From: Candidatus Nomurabacteria bacterium
GTDB lineage: Bacteria > Patescibacteriota > Patescibacteriia > HK-STAS-PATE-3
Direction of reading: 5' to 3'
Length of the DNA: 64,000 nt
Assembly (NCBI GenBank): GCA_023898465.1
Contig: CP060223.1
Coordinates: 864,001-928,000, forward strand
Positions 28,239 through 37,219 of the stretch are shown here, piece by piece; the first letter of the stretch is position 1, and each line of letters begins with the position of its first letter. The translations under genes were made by a program, and so were the position numbers. The notes below the pieces were generated by a model. It ran no database searches, was not told the DNA's origin, and was given only the letters and a program-made list of their open reading frames with translations.

Positions 28239-28709
28239 TTACTTTTTAAATTTTTTCTTTTTAGCGCGAGACTTTTCGTGCATGTCAATCATCTGCTGCA
28301 CGCTCACTCGGCTAACTGCTTGTCCAATCACCTCAAGTGGCAAATCCTCTAAATGCTTAAAGCGGATACAACTCCCACCCATGTCGAGCTTCTTACCGGC
28401 TTTTCGAAACTCCGCTTCAATCCACTTCTTGCCCTTAGGGTCACCATAGAGTCCCATATGATAGAGTGCCATGTGATTTTTCTGCGAGGCAAGAGAGATA
28501 TATGGCAGTGGAGTTTTTTCATCGTACAGATAACCAGCCGGATAGAGCTTCAGGGGAACGCCGTACGTGATCATCCCGTATTGCATTCCTTCTTGATAGC
28601 CCTTAGGTAAATACTTACGGATGATATTTCGAACAGAGGCAATCGCTGCCCTTCGTTCAGCTGGTAGCTCTTTCAGATATGCATCAACTGTTTTTGCTTG
28701 AGATTGCAT
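28239..28709 (-). CDS. DUF1801 (YdhG-like) domain protein
   Basis: The N-terminus TVDAYLKELPAERRAAIASVRNII is typical of the family. Confidence 0.55.
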   Translation of the reverse strand: MQSQAKTVDAYLKELPAERRAAIASVRNIIRKYLPKGYQEGMQYGMITYGVPLKLYPAGYLYDEKTPLPYISLASQKNHMALYHMGLYGDPKGKKWIEAEFRKAGKKLDMGGSCIRFKHLEDLPLEVIGQAVSRVSVQQMIDMHEKSRAKKKKFKK

Positions 28710-28710
28710 G

Positions 28711-29367
28711 TTAGCAACCGAGGGCCGCTAAACATGAAGTCTTTGCTTCACCTTCTAGGGAATCACAGCTTGAGCACTGTGCTTGCATGGTCTCTTCCAT
28801 AGCATCATGCATTGCTTCCATCTGTGCGGTCAGATCAGTAAATTCTACATTTGAGGGAAGCTCAAATTTTGCGGCATCAACTGTCCACGGATGGCAATCA
28901 AAATCATATTGGTTATCGTAGTTGACCGAAGGAGCGGCATTTGTGTCTGTGGTATCTGTCTCGTTGGTGTCAGCTTCAGTGTCGAAATCTTCTAATTTAA
29001 TTTTTGTGCCTATCTCCTGACCGTCGTACATCCCCCAATTGTAATGATAGGTATCATCTCGGATGATGTGCGATTCAGTTTCTGCGCCATCATTTGCCAC
29101 CATCATAAAATCACCACGAACCATGTTGTTATGCATATACACTACACCTTCTTGTGATCCATACTCGTCGCTGTACGTGTAGTCACAAGTGAGATCATCA
29201 TTCTGCCCAAAGAGACTAGTGAGGGAACTAGACTCCATCATGGTGTGGGAATCGGAATTGCTTGTGGTGTCACTTGTTTCGTCTGAACCACTTTGGGATT
29301 GCCATACAAAATATCCACCGCCCAGGACCAGGACACCTATAATAATAGCTATCAGTGCTTTTGACAT
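28711..29367 (-). CDS. Secreted acidic protein, unknown function
   Basis: N-terminal signal/TM (ALIAIIIGVLVLGGG). D/E/T-rich. C-terminal Cys pairs. Confidence 0.4.
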   Translation of the reverse strand: MSKALIAIIIGVLVLGGGYFVWQSQSGSDETSDTTSNSDSHTMMESSSLTSLFGQNDDLTCDYTYSDEYGSQEGVVYMHNNMVRGDFMMVANDGAETESHIIRDDTYHYNWGMYDGQEIGTKIKLEDFDTEADTNETDTTDTNAAPSVNYDNQYDFDCHPWTVDAAKFELPSNVEFTDLTAQMEAMHDAMEETMQAQCSSCDSLEGEAKTSCLAALGC

Positions 29368-29408
29368 AAAGAATAGGTTAAGAAAAAGTATCTATAGTAT
29401 ACCACAGA

Positions 29409-29963
29409 CTAGGCTCGTTTCCGCAGTATCCTTGCCTGATATATTGTGGCGATTGTCTGGATACTCCCCATGACAATGAAGAGTGTTTGGAAAGAATATT
29501 GAGTTACAACAACGCCTCCCAAAATAATTGCTGCGCCGGTGACAATCAAGGCTGTACCCTCGGAAATACCCCACTCATAAGTATCGTGTTTACGATCTTC
29601 ATATTTGGCGTACAGCGCATCCCAAGTTGGTGTCGCAAGTGCCGCGGCAACTCCTAAGCCTGCTTGCACAATGAGGAGATGGAGAGGTGAACTCACAAAG
29701 AGATACCCGAAGGTGAATAGCGCATTCAGCGCGTAGCCAAGCATCATCATTTTTTCCTTTGAGTAGCCTTGGTCAATTATTTTACCAAAGAGGATATGAA
29801 GCACGCCGCCGACAATAAGATAGGTTGCCCAGGCCCAAGTGATCTCTAAAACGTCGCCGCCTACTTGCTCAGCAAAAACAGCGAAGAGTGGCCCAAGCAT
29901 GCCTTCGCCTAAATACCAGATGTTTGAACCGTAGAGTAAAATAGCTCGTTGTTCTTTCCCCAT
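29409..29963 (-). CDS. Small polytopic membrane protein (half-size MFS-like)
   Basis: Hydrophobicity only: about 6 TM helices in 184 aa. Confidence 0.35.
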   Translation of the reverse strand: MGKEQRAILLYGSNIWYLGEGMLGPLFAVFAEQVGGDVLEITWAWATYLIVGGVLHILFGKIIDQGYSKEKMMMLGYALNALFTFGYLFVSSPLHLLIVQAGLGVAAALATPTWDALYAKYEDRKHDTYEWGISEGTALIVTGAAIILGGVVVTQYSFQTLFIVMGSIQTIATIYQARILRKRA

Positions 29964-30055
29964 GCCGATAGTATACGGGTTTCTTAGCTATGCGACTAGC
30001 GAATAAGCCCTTTGAAGGACTCAAGTAATCTTGGCGGATATTATAAAACTAAAAC

Positions 30056-30146
30056 TGGCGGTGGGAGAGGGATTTGAACCCCCGATACCCTTTCGGGTAT
30101 ACCGCATTTCGAGTGCGGCCCATTCGACCACTCTGGCATCCCACCG
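30056..30146 (-). tRNA. tRNA-Ser (anticodon CGA), CCA encoded
   Basis: Cloverleaf with acceptor ggtggga/tcccacc, anticodon loop cuCGAaa, long variable arm, T-loop ttcaaat. Confidence 0.8.
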
Positions 30147-30153
30147 TGAATAG

Positions 30154-30429
30154 TTAGCGAATTGTATTTTGGAGTAAAAATTTCAGACGCTCACGTCCCT
30201 TTCCCGTCTTCAAAAATCTTTCCTCAAGTACTGCATCATTTTTGTTTGAGAACACCTCATAGTAAACGAGTGACCAATCTTGCGACCGGGATGTATAGCG
30301 CGATCTGCCGGACTTATGTTCGCTTACCCTCTTTTTTAAATCACTTGTACTGCCGATATACTTCTTTTTTAGATGAATACTATACAATATGTATACATAA
30401 TACATATTTCTCCTTGTATCGATCACCAC
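30154..30429 (-). CDS. GIY-YIG nuclease family protein (91 aa)
   Basis: YVYILYS...KYIGSTSDLKKRVSEH...N. Lies immediately 5' of tRNA-Ser on the same strand. Confidence 0.7.
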   Translation of the reverse strand: MVIDTRRNMYYVYILYSIHLKKKYIGSTSDLKKRVSEHKSGRSRYTSRSQDWSLVYYEVFSNKNDAVLEERFLKTGKGRERLKFLLQNTIR

Positions 30430-30490
30430 CTATCCCGCCCGAGGCGGGTCCGCCTTGGGCGGACGACCACTCTGGCACCTCTCCAAAACG
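30430..30490 (-). repeat. Partial duplicate of the tRNA-Ser 5' end (acceptor + D-arm, ~21 nt) plus two GC-rich hairpins, upstream of the GIY-YIG ORF
   Basis: On the minus strand ggagaggtgccagagtggtcg aligns with the tRNA 5' end ggtgggatgccagagtggtcg. It is followed by hairpins tccgcc-caa-ggcgga and cccgcc-tcg-ggcggg. Confidence 0.5.
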
Positions 30491-30523
30491 CCGCCTGGAG
30501 TGTAGCGAGATACGCCGACTTAA

Positions 30524-31063
30524 TCAAGCACGATACACCCACAAACTACTATGACCTCGCGGGCGAGGATTTCGTATTTCTTCCGAAGCCTGCCAATCTG
30601 GGAAACGAAATCCATAAGAATAGACTGACGCTCCCTTCTTCAACTGTTTCCGAAGTAGGGTTTCGGTATCTGCCATAACCGCATCAAGTAGGAAACAAAA
30701 AATCAAATCAGCATCATGCAGGTCAGCAGTAAAATAACTTACGTGACGGATTTCTACACCAGTACCGCGCGACCTCCAACGAGCCAAGAGGTAGGGCCAC
30801 CAGGCAATCTCATACCCAATCGCTCGAATGCTTGGATGCGCTTTCTTCAAAGCACGGAGCACTCGGGCATCACCGCAACCAAGATCATACACCACTGCAT
30901 CTTCGATTAAATCTACATGCTTTGCCATCCACTCCACTGCCCAGCGTGAGGTGGGTACATAGGGCACCTTATTTCGAAGAACGCTCCATAGCGCATTCAA
31001 AGCAAAGGCTAAAGCCACCAAGGCTGCTACCAGGATGAGAAGGAGTATACTAATAAGAAGCAT
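30524..31063 (-). CDS. Class I SAM-dependent methyltransferase with N-terminal TM helix
   Basis: Motif I VYDLGCGDARVL. N-terminal hydrophobic segment. Confidence 0.55.
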   Translation of the reverse strand: MLLISILLLILVAALVALAFALNALWSVLRNKVPYVPTSRWAVEWMAKHVDLIEDAVVYDLGCGDARVLRALKKAHPSIRAIGYEIAWWPYLLARWRSRGTGVEIRHVSYFTADLHDADLIFCFLLDAVMADTETLLRKQLKKGASVYSYGFRFPDWQASEEIRNPRPRGHSSLWVYRA

Positions 31064-31069
31064 GGTCGC

Positions 31070-32443
31070 TTAAAAAAGTGATGACTGACTTAAACGCTTC
31101 CGATCACTGTCAGACAAGAGAGTGATATGACCGTACTCGCCGTCGTAGCCTGGCTCTACTTCTACTTTACCTTCGCGTAATCGCTGAATAGCCTCAACTA
31201 TTGGCGCCTCGGTCATTTTTTTCAGCTGCTCAATCGGCACTTCGCTCAACACTTTTAACTCACCGCCACCCTGAGAAACGAGAGGCCAATAAAGCGCTTC
31301 AACTTTTTTTGTGGCGCGCCCGCGCACACCAAGCGCCTGGGCAATTACCTTATCCAGCTCCACGAGCGAGAGGAAGTCAGGCGCGCCTTCTGGTCGTCGT
31401 CCTTCAGCTTCAGTTGTTAACTCTTCTACTCGATTTAATACGCCGATGGTCAGTGGTCGTCCGCACTTTGGACACATGCCTTTTAACTTCCGAGATTCAG
31501 CAGGAGAGAGGCAGACTTTGTGATCCCGATGTCCATCATAATGATAGCGACCCTCGTCTGGAAAAAATTCTAAAGTCTTACGTAGAGTGAGTTTTTCTTT
31601 TATAGGTTTCTTACGCGCCTCGGGCGATGCATTACGAATAGCCGTAAAGATATTGTCATAGCTCAACTCTTCACCTTCAAAAACTGTGGCTTCACGTCCG
31701 AGGTTAGGAAGCGAATGCGCATCAGAGCTAGAAACAAGCGCAACTTTATCCAATCCTTTGACTCGCCAGTTCATTGCCGGATCGGAAGATAAGCCTGTCT
31801 CGATTGCAAAAATTTCCGGCGCCAGCTCCTCGAAACACTCCTCGATTGAATCATAACCTGACTTAGAACCAAAAATAGCAAACCAGGGTGTCCATGCGTG
31901 CGCAGGGATAATATGACAACGAGGATCTACTTTGCGGATAAGCAAGAGTAAATCTTTAGAGGAGATGCCGAGTATTGGTCGACCGTCTCCGCCTAACTTA
32001 CCTCCTCGCTTCATTAATGCCGCGTTGATACCGGCGACTGCTTCAATCGAGGGAGCAAAAACCGTGTGATGTACACGGCGCACCTTACCGCCGTGCGAGT
32101 AAATACACGACAACTCTGTGGCGCAAATAAAGTGTACTTCCTCATCGCTCTTTTCGGTGAAGCGCGCATCTTTGACTCGATACTCTGGCTTCAAACGGTA
32201 GAGACCATCCAGGCTGGGTTCTAGCTTCTCTTGTAACTCTGGAAACCACTTGGGATGCGTAAAATCGCCGGTCGCCATTAAATGCAAACCTTTAATGCGT
32301 GCCCATAAATCGATATTCTCTAAAGTAAGCTGAGGGGAACAAGCTCGAGCGTATTTGGAATGAATATGGAGGTCAGCAATGATTTGCATACTTGGGTATG
32401 GTAGCGCATACCAAGGCGTCTGGAAAGAAAACAGCGCACTCAT
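31070..32443 (-). CDS. Endonuclease Q (EndoQ) homolog: PHP-domain endonuclease with C-terminal Zn finger
   Basis: IADLHIHSKYARACS...KGLHLMATGDFTHPKW, RVHHTVFAP, IPAHAWTPW, SSSDAHSLPNLGRE, CPKCG. All are collinear with archaeal EndoQ (Pyrococcus PF1551-type). Confidence 0.8.
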   Translation of the reverse strand: MSALFSFQTPWYALPYPSMQIIADLHIHSKYARACSPQLTLENIDLWARIKGLHLMATGDFTHPKWFPELQEKLEPSLDGLYRLKPEYRVKDARFTEKSDEEVHFICATELSCIYSHGGKVRRVHHTVFAPSIEAVAGINAALMKRGGKLGGDGRPILGISSKDLLLLIRKVDPRCHIIPAHAWTPWFAIFGSKSGYDSIEECFEELAPEIFAIETGLSSDPAMNWRVKGLDKVALVSSSDAHSLPNLGREATVFEGEELSYDNIFTAIRNASPEARKKPIKEKLTLRKTLEFFPDEGRYHYDGHRDHKVCLSPAESRKLKGMCPKCGRPLTIGVLNRVEELTTEAEGRRPEGAPDFLSLVELDKVIAQALGVRGRATKKVEALYWPLVSQGGGELKVLSEVPIEQLKKMTEAPIVEAIQRLREGKVEVEPGYDGEYGHITLLSDSDRKRLSQSSLF

Positions 32444-32466
32444 GGAAAAGTACGCTGTAGAACAAG

Positions 32467-32796
32467 CTAGTGAATGTCATCAACCAGACTCCAAGGACTC
32501 GCTCGATCAAGGCAAGTCTGTGGCGCGCCACCAACATTCCTTATGCGAATCCAGACCATTCGCTGCCACAGTCCCTTGGCACCAGTCCGCTGACTGCGCT
32601 TTCGACGAACAGCCACACAGGCATCTCCATCTTCCAGCACTATGAGTATATGGTCATCGTCTGGAGTTGCCTCCTGGCCGGCTCGTAAAATCTGATAGGA
32701 GACCTTGCCTTGCAGCACACCGATGCAGCCCTCTGACACCAGGATTCGTGAGTCATCCGGGACAAGCACCACTTTCGTTACATCCCCTTTACTCAT
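32467..32796 (-). CDS. Cupin-fold small protein
   Basis: The start is chosen at MSKGD. The beta-rich VVLVPDDSRILVSEGCIGVLQGKVSYQ...DDHILIVLEDGDACV resembles a cupin barrel. GC-rich. Confidence 0.35.
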   Translation of the reverse strand: MSKGDVTKVVLVPDDSRILVSEGCIGVLQGKVSYQILRAGQEATPDDDHILIVLEDGDACVAVRRKRSQRTGAKGLWQRMVWIRIRNVGGAPQTCLDRASPWSLVDDIH

Positions 32797-32858
32797 GCTC
32801 CCACCTCTAAAGTAAGAGAGAGCAGCGTACCCTCGAAAGAATACGCTGCCTATCAATG

Positions 32859-33869
32859 TCAGGCGTCAACAGCTGCCTCGATAGCAGCCAACAAACGACC
32901 TGAACTGTGAGTGAGCAAATGCGTCCACTTGGCAAAGTTGCCAGCTCGATCGCCATTCCCTGAGAACTGCGAAGGAACCAAGTCAAGCTCCACGAAGCGA
33001 ACTTGCGGGAAATGCTGACGGGCACCGTTGAAGATCACTGGCCGAGAGCCGAGTGCTCCATAGTGCTGCAACACTTCCTCGGGAATAGAACCCGAATTGA
33101 CAATGACCACATCCGGCTCGCGTCCGCAATACGGATGAAGCTGTCGAACGTGCTGCTCCGCATCCCAGTCATCGGTCAATCCCGGCTGTGTCATCAAGTT
33201 AATGACCTGAATCACTTGCGCTTGTGAAGCATGAAATGCTTCGCGCATCCCAGCTGGCAGCAAGGCGCTCACCAAACCGGTATGAAATGATCCAGGGGCA
33301 ATAATGATGACATCAGCTTGTCGAATCGCTTCCAGACTACCAGAGTAGGCCGGCGCATCAACAGACAAGCTCATCTGCTTGATTGGAATGCGAGGATCAC
33401 GCTTGATGATCTCCCACTCTCCAGTCACGATGCTTCCGTCCTCCAGGCTTGCCCGGATGTGCACATTCGATTCGGTCGCAGGCAACACCTGACCCTGACA
33501 ACCCAGATCAACCCTGAAGATGTCAAAGGCTCGGGCGATCCCGTGCTGATTAGTGAGTCGTGCCAAACGTGTGTTGGCTGGCGATGTGCCATCAGAATTG
33601 CGCGTTGCGAGACGATCTCGCTCAGCACTCTCTGGAGCCAAGGCCAACAAACACTGCTTCCCGTCACCTACCTGTGGGATATGGAACTCAGTACGAAGCA
33701 CTCCACTATGCCCACCATTGTCAGTGACTGATACGATGCCAATGAGGCCCTCCAGCTGCTTTCCGCCGCTGGCGAGCGCTCTCAAGATGTTCGCCTGTCC
33801 GGTTCCTGCACCGATGCAGACGACGCGCTTGCCGCTCAAGGCGGAAACTTGCTGAATCATGAACCTCAC
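32859..33869 (-). CDS. YvcK/CofD family (UPF0052; gluconeogenesis factor / 2-phospho-L-lactate transferase-like) protein
   Basis: VVCIGAGTGQANILRALA...IVSVTDNGGHSG and overall fold-family architecture. GC-rich relative to neighbours. Confidence 0.6.
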   Translation of the reverse strand: MRFMIQQVSALSGKRVVCIGAGTGQANILRALASGGKQLEGLIGIVSVTDNGGHSGVLRTEFHIPQVGDGKQCLLALAPESAERDRLATRNSDGTSPANTRLARLTNQHGIARAFDIFRVDLGCQGQVLPATESNVHIRASLEDGSIVTGEWEIIKRDPRIPIKQMSLSVDAPAYSGSLEAIRQADVIIIAPGSFHTGLVSALLPAGMREAFHASQAQVIQVINLMTQPGLTDDWDAEQHVRQLHPYCGREPDVVIVNSGSIPEEVLQHYGALGSRPVIFNGARQHFPQVRFVELDLVPSQFSGNGDRAGNFAKWTHLLTHSSGRLLAAIEAAVDA

Positions 33870-33948
33870 TCCTTCTTGGTGATCTCGTCCCTAAAAAGAA
33901 CATCTGCACTGTACCAATGGTCACAGTCCAGATGACTGCTTACGGATG

Positions 33949-34692
33949 CTACTGCAATGTTTTCCATAATGCAGAAAAGATATTCTGCTGAGTTGAAGTA
34001 ATGGCCTGATCTTCAATAATTATCCCGCGTGGCTCTTTATTCTCCCCCACGGTAATCATGGCAATCTTTGCACCATAGAGTATGGTATAGGTTGGCGCTC
34101 CTTCCTCTTTGCGTAACCAACGACGCTGATCAAGTCCGTGCAGCTCGCCACCTTCACCAATAGCAATGACCTTCACTCGAATACCAGCGGCGATACGCTG
34201 TTTGGTAAAATCAGGCCATGCTCGGTGAAGATAAGGACGGATGGTGGAAGAGGAATACACCGCGTACTCTTTCACATCCTGCTGAGCAACCACAGCAATA
34301 AGATCTTCGAGCACCGTTTTCACCCCTCGATAAGCTTCATAGTAGCGAACTACCGGCTTCTCATCACCCCGAGCATACATTGAACGCAGCTCCGGCAACG
34401 CTTCAGCTAGTTCTTCACTTGTGGTAATGAGCGACTGACGTTGTTCAGCGAGCACTTTTTCTAATACTATCGGATCCTCGCAGACAAAATGCTTATGCTG
34501 ATCCTGATGGAAGTAGCTCACCACACCCAACTGAAGCAAGCCCTTCAGGATGTCATAGGTTGTACCACGATTAATTTTTGCGTCAAGAGCAATCTTTCGG
34601 ACAGGTGCTGGCCCTGACTTCAATAAGGCAAGGTAGATGGCAATTTCCTTTTCATCCAGGCCGATTTTTTCTAATAATGTTCCGATTTGCAT
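33949..34692 (-). CDS. TrmB family transcriptional regulator
   Basis: Winged HTH (LLEKIGLDEKEIAIYLALLKSGPAPVRKIALDAKINRGTTYDILKGLLQLGVVSY) plus a C-terminal sugar-binding-type domain. The start is chosen at the internal Met; the track ORF reaches 34800. Confidence 0.6.
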   Translation of the reverse strand: MQIGTLLEKIGLDEKEIAIYLALLKSGPAPVRKIALDAKINRGTTYDILKGLLQLGVVSYFHQDQHKHFVCEDPIVLEKVLAEQRQSLITTSEELAEALPELRSMYARGDEKPVVRYYEAYRGVKTVLEDLIAVVAQQDVKEYAVYSSSTIRPYLHRAWPDFTKQRIAAGIRVKVIAIGEGGELHGLDQRRWLRKEEGAPTYTILYGAKIAMITVGENKEPRGIIIEDQAITSTQQNIFSALWKTLQ

Positions 34693-34870
34693 AATACAGA
34701 GATTGATTGAGTAGCGGGGACATTGTGGCTGAATCAATATATTTGTCAAGCAAAAAAATACTGACAAGTGTTTTGCTAAATATTTAGCCCTGTTTTTCAA
34801 TATTATCCTGTGTTTCTTTTGTCAATTTTTTGCCAACAGCTACTTTATTACGATTGACGACCAGGATAAA

Positions 34871-36052
34871 TTGCGCGATACTTCGCATATTATGACGCAT
34901 AAAAAAACAATTCTCGTTCTTACTGGTGGAGGCATTACTCCAGCCCTCAACGCCACCTTGTACGGAGTTATCACTAGTGCCCAAAAAAGTGGGCATACTA
35001 TACTCGGAGGTATCTCAGGATGGAAATCTGTGCTTCAAGGTGGAAAACACATTGATCTCAGCACAGTAGACGTATCATCAATCCAAAAAATCGGTGGTAC
35101 TATTCTACGCTCAAGTCGCACAAATCTTTTTGCTATTGAGAATGGTGTTGCGCAAGTGAAGCAAACGATTGCCAACAATAACATTGATGTCATCATTGCG
35201 ATCGGTGGAGATGATACGCTTGGCGCCTGCGAACGTTTAGTGCGCGAGCATAATATTCAAGCTATCGGCATCCCAAAAACAATTGATAACGATCTCTACG
35301 GCACTTATTGGTCGCCGGGTTATCCTAGCGCCGCTTCGCATGTTGCCCATATTGCTGAACACATTCGCCGTGACGCTGCCTATGCGCTTCGTCGTGCCTT
35401 TGTTATCGAAACCTATGGCATGAAATCCGGCTGGCTCACTGCCGCGGCTGGACTAGGAAAGGCTGATGTAATTCTTACACCTGAAAGGGAAGTTAACACT
35501 GAGCATGTGTTAAATACTATTTACGAGCGCTACGAAGCAAACGGTAGCTACGCCGTAATCGCGGTTGCTGAAAACACCCAATTCTCTGACTCAGTGGAAG
35601 GCGAGGAATATGATGCGGCTGACACCTTTGGACATAAACGACAAAACCATATTTCTATTGCGCTGCGCCGTATTATTAAGAAGCAGCTTAACATCGACTC
35701 TCGCGTCATTATGCCAGGCAACATCGTACAGTCTGGTGAACCTACTCCGATTGATGGAGAAACTGCTACCGCACTTGGACGACAGGCGATCGCTATGATT
35801 GAAAATGAAGACTACGGGCATATCCCGAGCATTGAAGTTGATCAGAAAAACCTTGCGGTCACCATTGGGAAACGACCACTTTCCGAAGTAGTCAGTCATG
35901 AGGGCCCGAGAAAAATAGACGATGAAATGTTTGACTTTGCAAACTATCAAGTGAAGCCTGCCTTCCTCGAATACCTTAAGCCAATGCAAATTCATCCTCA
36001 TACACCAGAGGAATACATTGCCTTGCAAGAAAAGATTCGGGCGATTGAATAA
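34871..36052 (+). CDS. pfk: 6-phosphofructokinase (PfkA family; ATP- or PPi-dependent)
   Basis: GGGITPALNA, IAIGGDDTLG, GIPKTIDNDL. Confidence 0.8.
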   Translation: MRDTSHIMTHKKTILVLTGGGITPALNATLYGVITSAQKSGHTILGGISGWKSVLQGGKHIDLSTVDVSSIQKIGGTILRSSRTNLFAIENGVAQVKQTIANNNIDVIIAIGGDDTLGACERLVREHNIQAIGIPKTIDNDLYGTYWSPGYPSAASHVAHIAEHIRRDAAYALRRAFVIETYGMKSGWLTAAAGLGKADVILTPEREVNTEHVLNTIYERYEANGSYAVIAVAENTQFSDSVEGEEYDAADTFGHKRQNHISIALRRIIKKQLNIDSRVIMPGNIVQSGEPTPIDGETATALGRQAIAMIENEDYGHIPSIEVDQKNLAVTIGKRPLSEVVSHEGPRKIDDEMFDFANYQVKPAFLEYLKPMQIHPHTPEEYIALQEKIRAIE

Positions 36053-36083
36053 AAAAACGGTGGCCAGAGAGTTCTGACCACCG
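36051..36083. terminator. Bidirectional rho-independent terminator between convergent pfk and PfkB-kinase genes
   Basis: Stem ggtggccaga/tctgaccacc (1 mismatch). It is preceded by AAAAAAA on the plus strand, which is a TTTTTTT tail on the minus strand. Confidence 0.55.
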
Positions 36084-36100
36084 GTGAAGGTGCGAATTGA

Positions 36101-37138
36101 CTAGGCAACGGTTTCCCGCTGCGCAAGGAACTGCGTGATTTCGTCACGCGAAGGGACCGAGGATCCCCCGAGACGACTGATCGTAATAGCTGCTCCAGCC
36201 GCGGCCCAACGCAGGGCTTCTGACTTGGACTTGCCATCGAGCAGTGCCCCGATGTAACAGGACAGGAAGGTGTCACCGGCGCCGGTCAAATCCTTGATCG
36301 GCGTATCAGCAAACACTTCGCCGTTGATGCTCTGTTCTCCACCGTTGTACAGAGTGGCACCTTTGGGGCCTCGAGTAACCAAGACCTCCATATGCCGGCC
36401 CTGCCCAATGGCTTGGAGCTCGCTCACCGTACTGAAGCCGAAGCCTCGGAGCAAATGCGCTTCTTCTTCCTCGTTCACGGCCAAGAGGTCGGTGCAAGAG
36501 AGAAGCTGACGCAGGGCTGTGTGGCGACGACGTTCTTCGAGCTCATTACTGAGCTCATACACCAGACTGATCCCGGGATTCAGAATGTTCATCGACGGAG
36601 CAGCTTGACGACCACCCGCTTCAAACATCGCCAGCACCAGAGGCGCATCTGCGATCTGGACACCCGTACCCACAGTCATGTGAGGACGAACTTGATCCAC
36701 CTGTCGGCGAATCAACTCCGCACCACGCTCCATCGCGTCCGGAAGATAGTTGCCCTTTCCAGCGATGATGCGTTGTGCACCGTCCTTGGCTGAGAGACTG
36801 ACCGTGATGTTCGTCCTTTCCCGCAAAGGGAGAGGAAAAGCATCCAACTCCAGCCTACGCAGCTCGGCTTCGAGGTAGCCGGCGTAGCGATCATCACCGA
36901 CCGTACACAGCAGCTTGACCAACTGCCCGCTACGAAGCAGTGCGCGCGCGACGTTGAACGAAGAACCTGCTGCAATCAAGTCAAAGTCACTTGCTGCAAC
37001 CTGTTGCTTCACCACGTCGCTTGTCCCATCAAAACCAGAGACCGCCATTTCCATGTTGGCACTAAAGCCAACCAAAACAGTTCGAGACATGCTGTTCCCC
37101 CAGCGTTTCGTAAGCGCTCCCTGTGCTCCCGTGAACAC
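36101..37138 (-). CDS. PfkB-family carbohydrate/ribokinase-like kinase
   Basis: C-terminal signature DLTGAGDTFLSCYIGALL. N-terminal GG-type motif region. High GC. Confidence 0.75.
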   Translation of the reverse strand: MFTGAQGALTKRWGNSMSRTVLVGFSANMEMAVSGFDGTSDVVKQQVAASDFDLIAAGSSFNVARALLRSGQLVKLLCTVGDDRYAGYLEAELRRLELDAFPLPLRERTNITVSLSAKDGAQRIIAGKGNYLPDAMERGAELIRRQVDQVRPHMTVGTGVQIADAPLVLAMFEAGGRQAAPSMNILNPGISLVYELSNELEERRRHTALRQLLSCTDLLAVNEEEEAHLLRGFGFSTVSELQAIGQGRHMEVLVTRGPKGATLYNGGEQSINGEVFADTPIKDLTGAGDTFLSCYIGALLDGKSKSEALRWAAAGAAITISRLGGSSVPSRDEITQFLAQRETVA

Positions 37139-37219
37139 GTTGTAAAGATCATTCAGCGTATGAGCTGATCAGGCATCGCTCGCCTTAACCTGTTGCGATG
37201 ACTGATGACTCAGTCTGAA

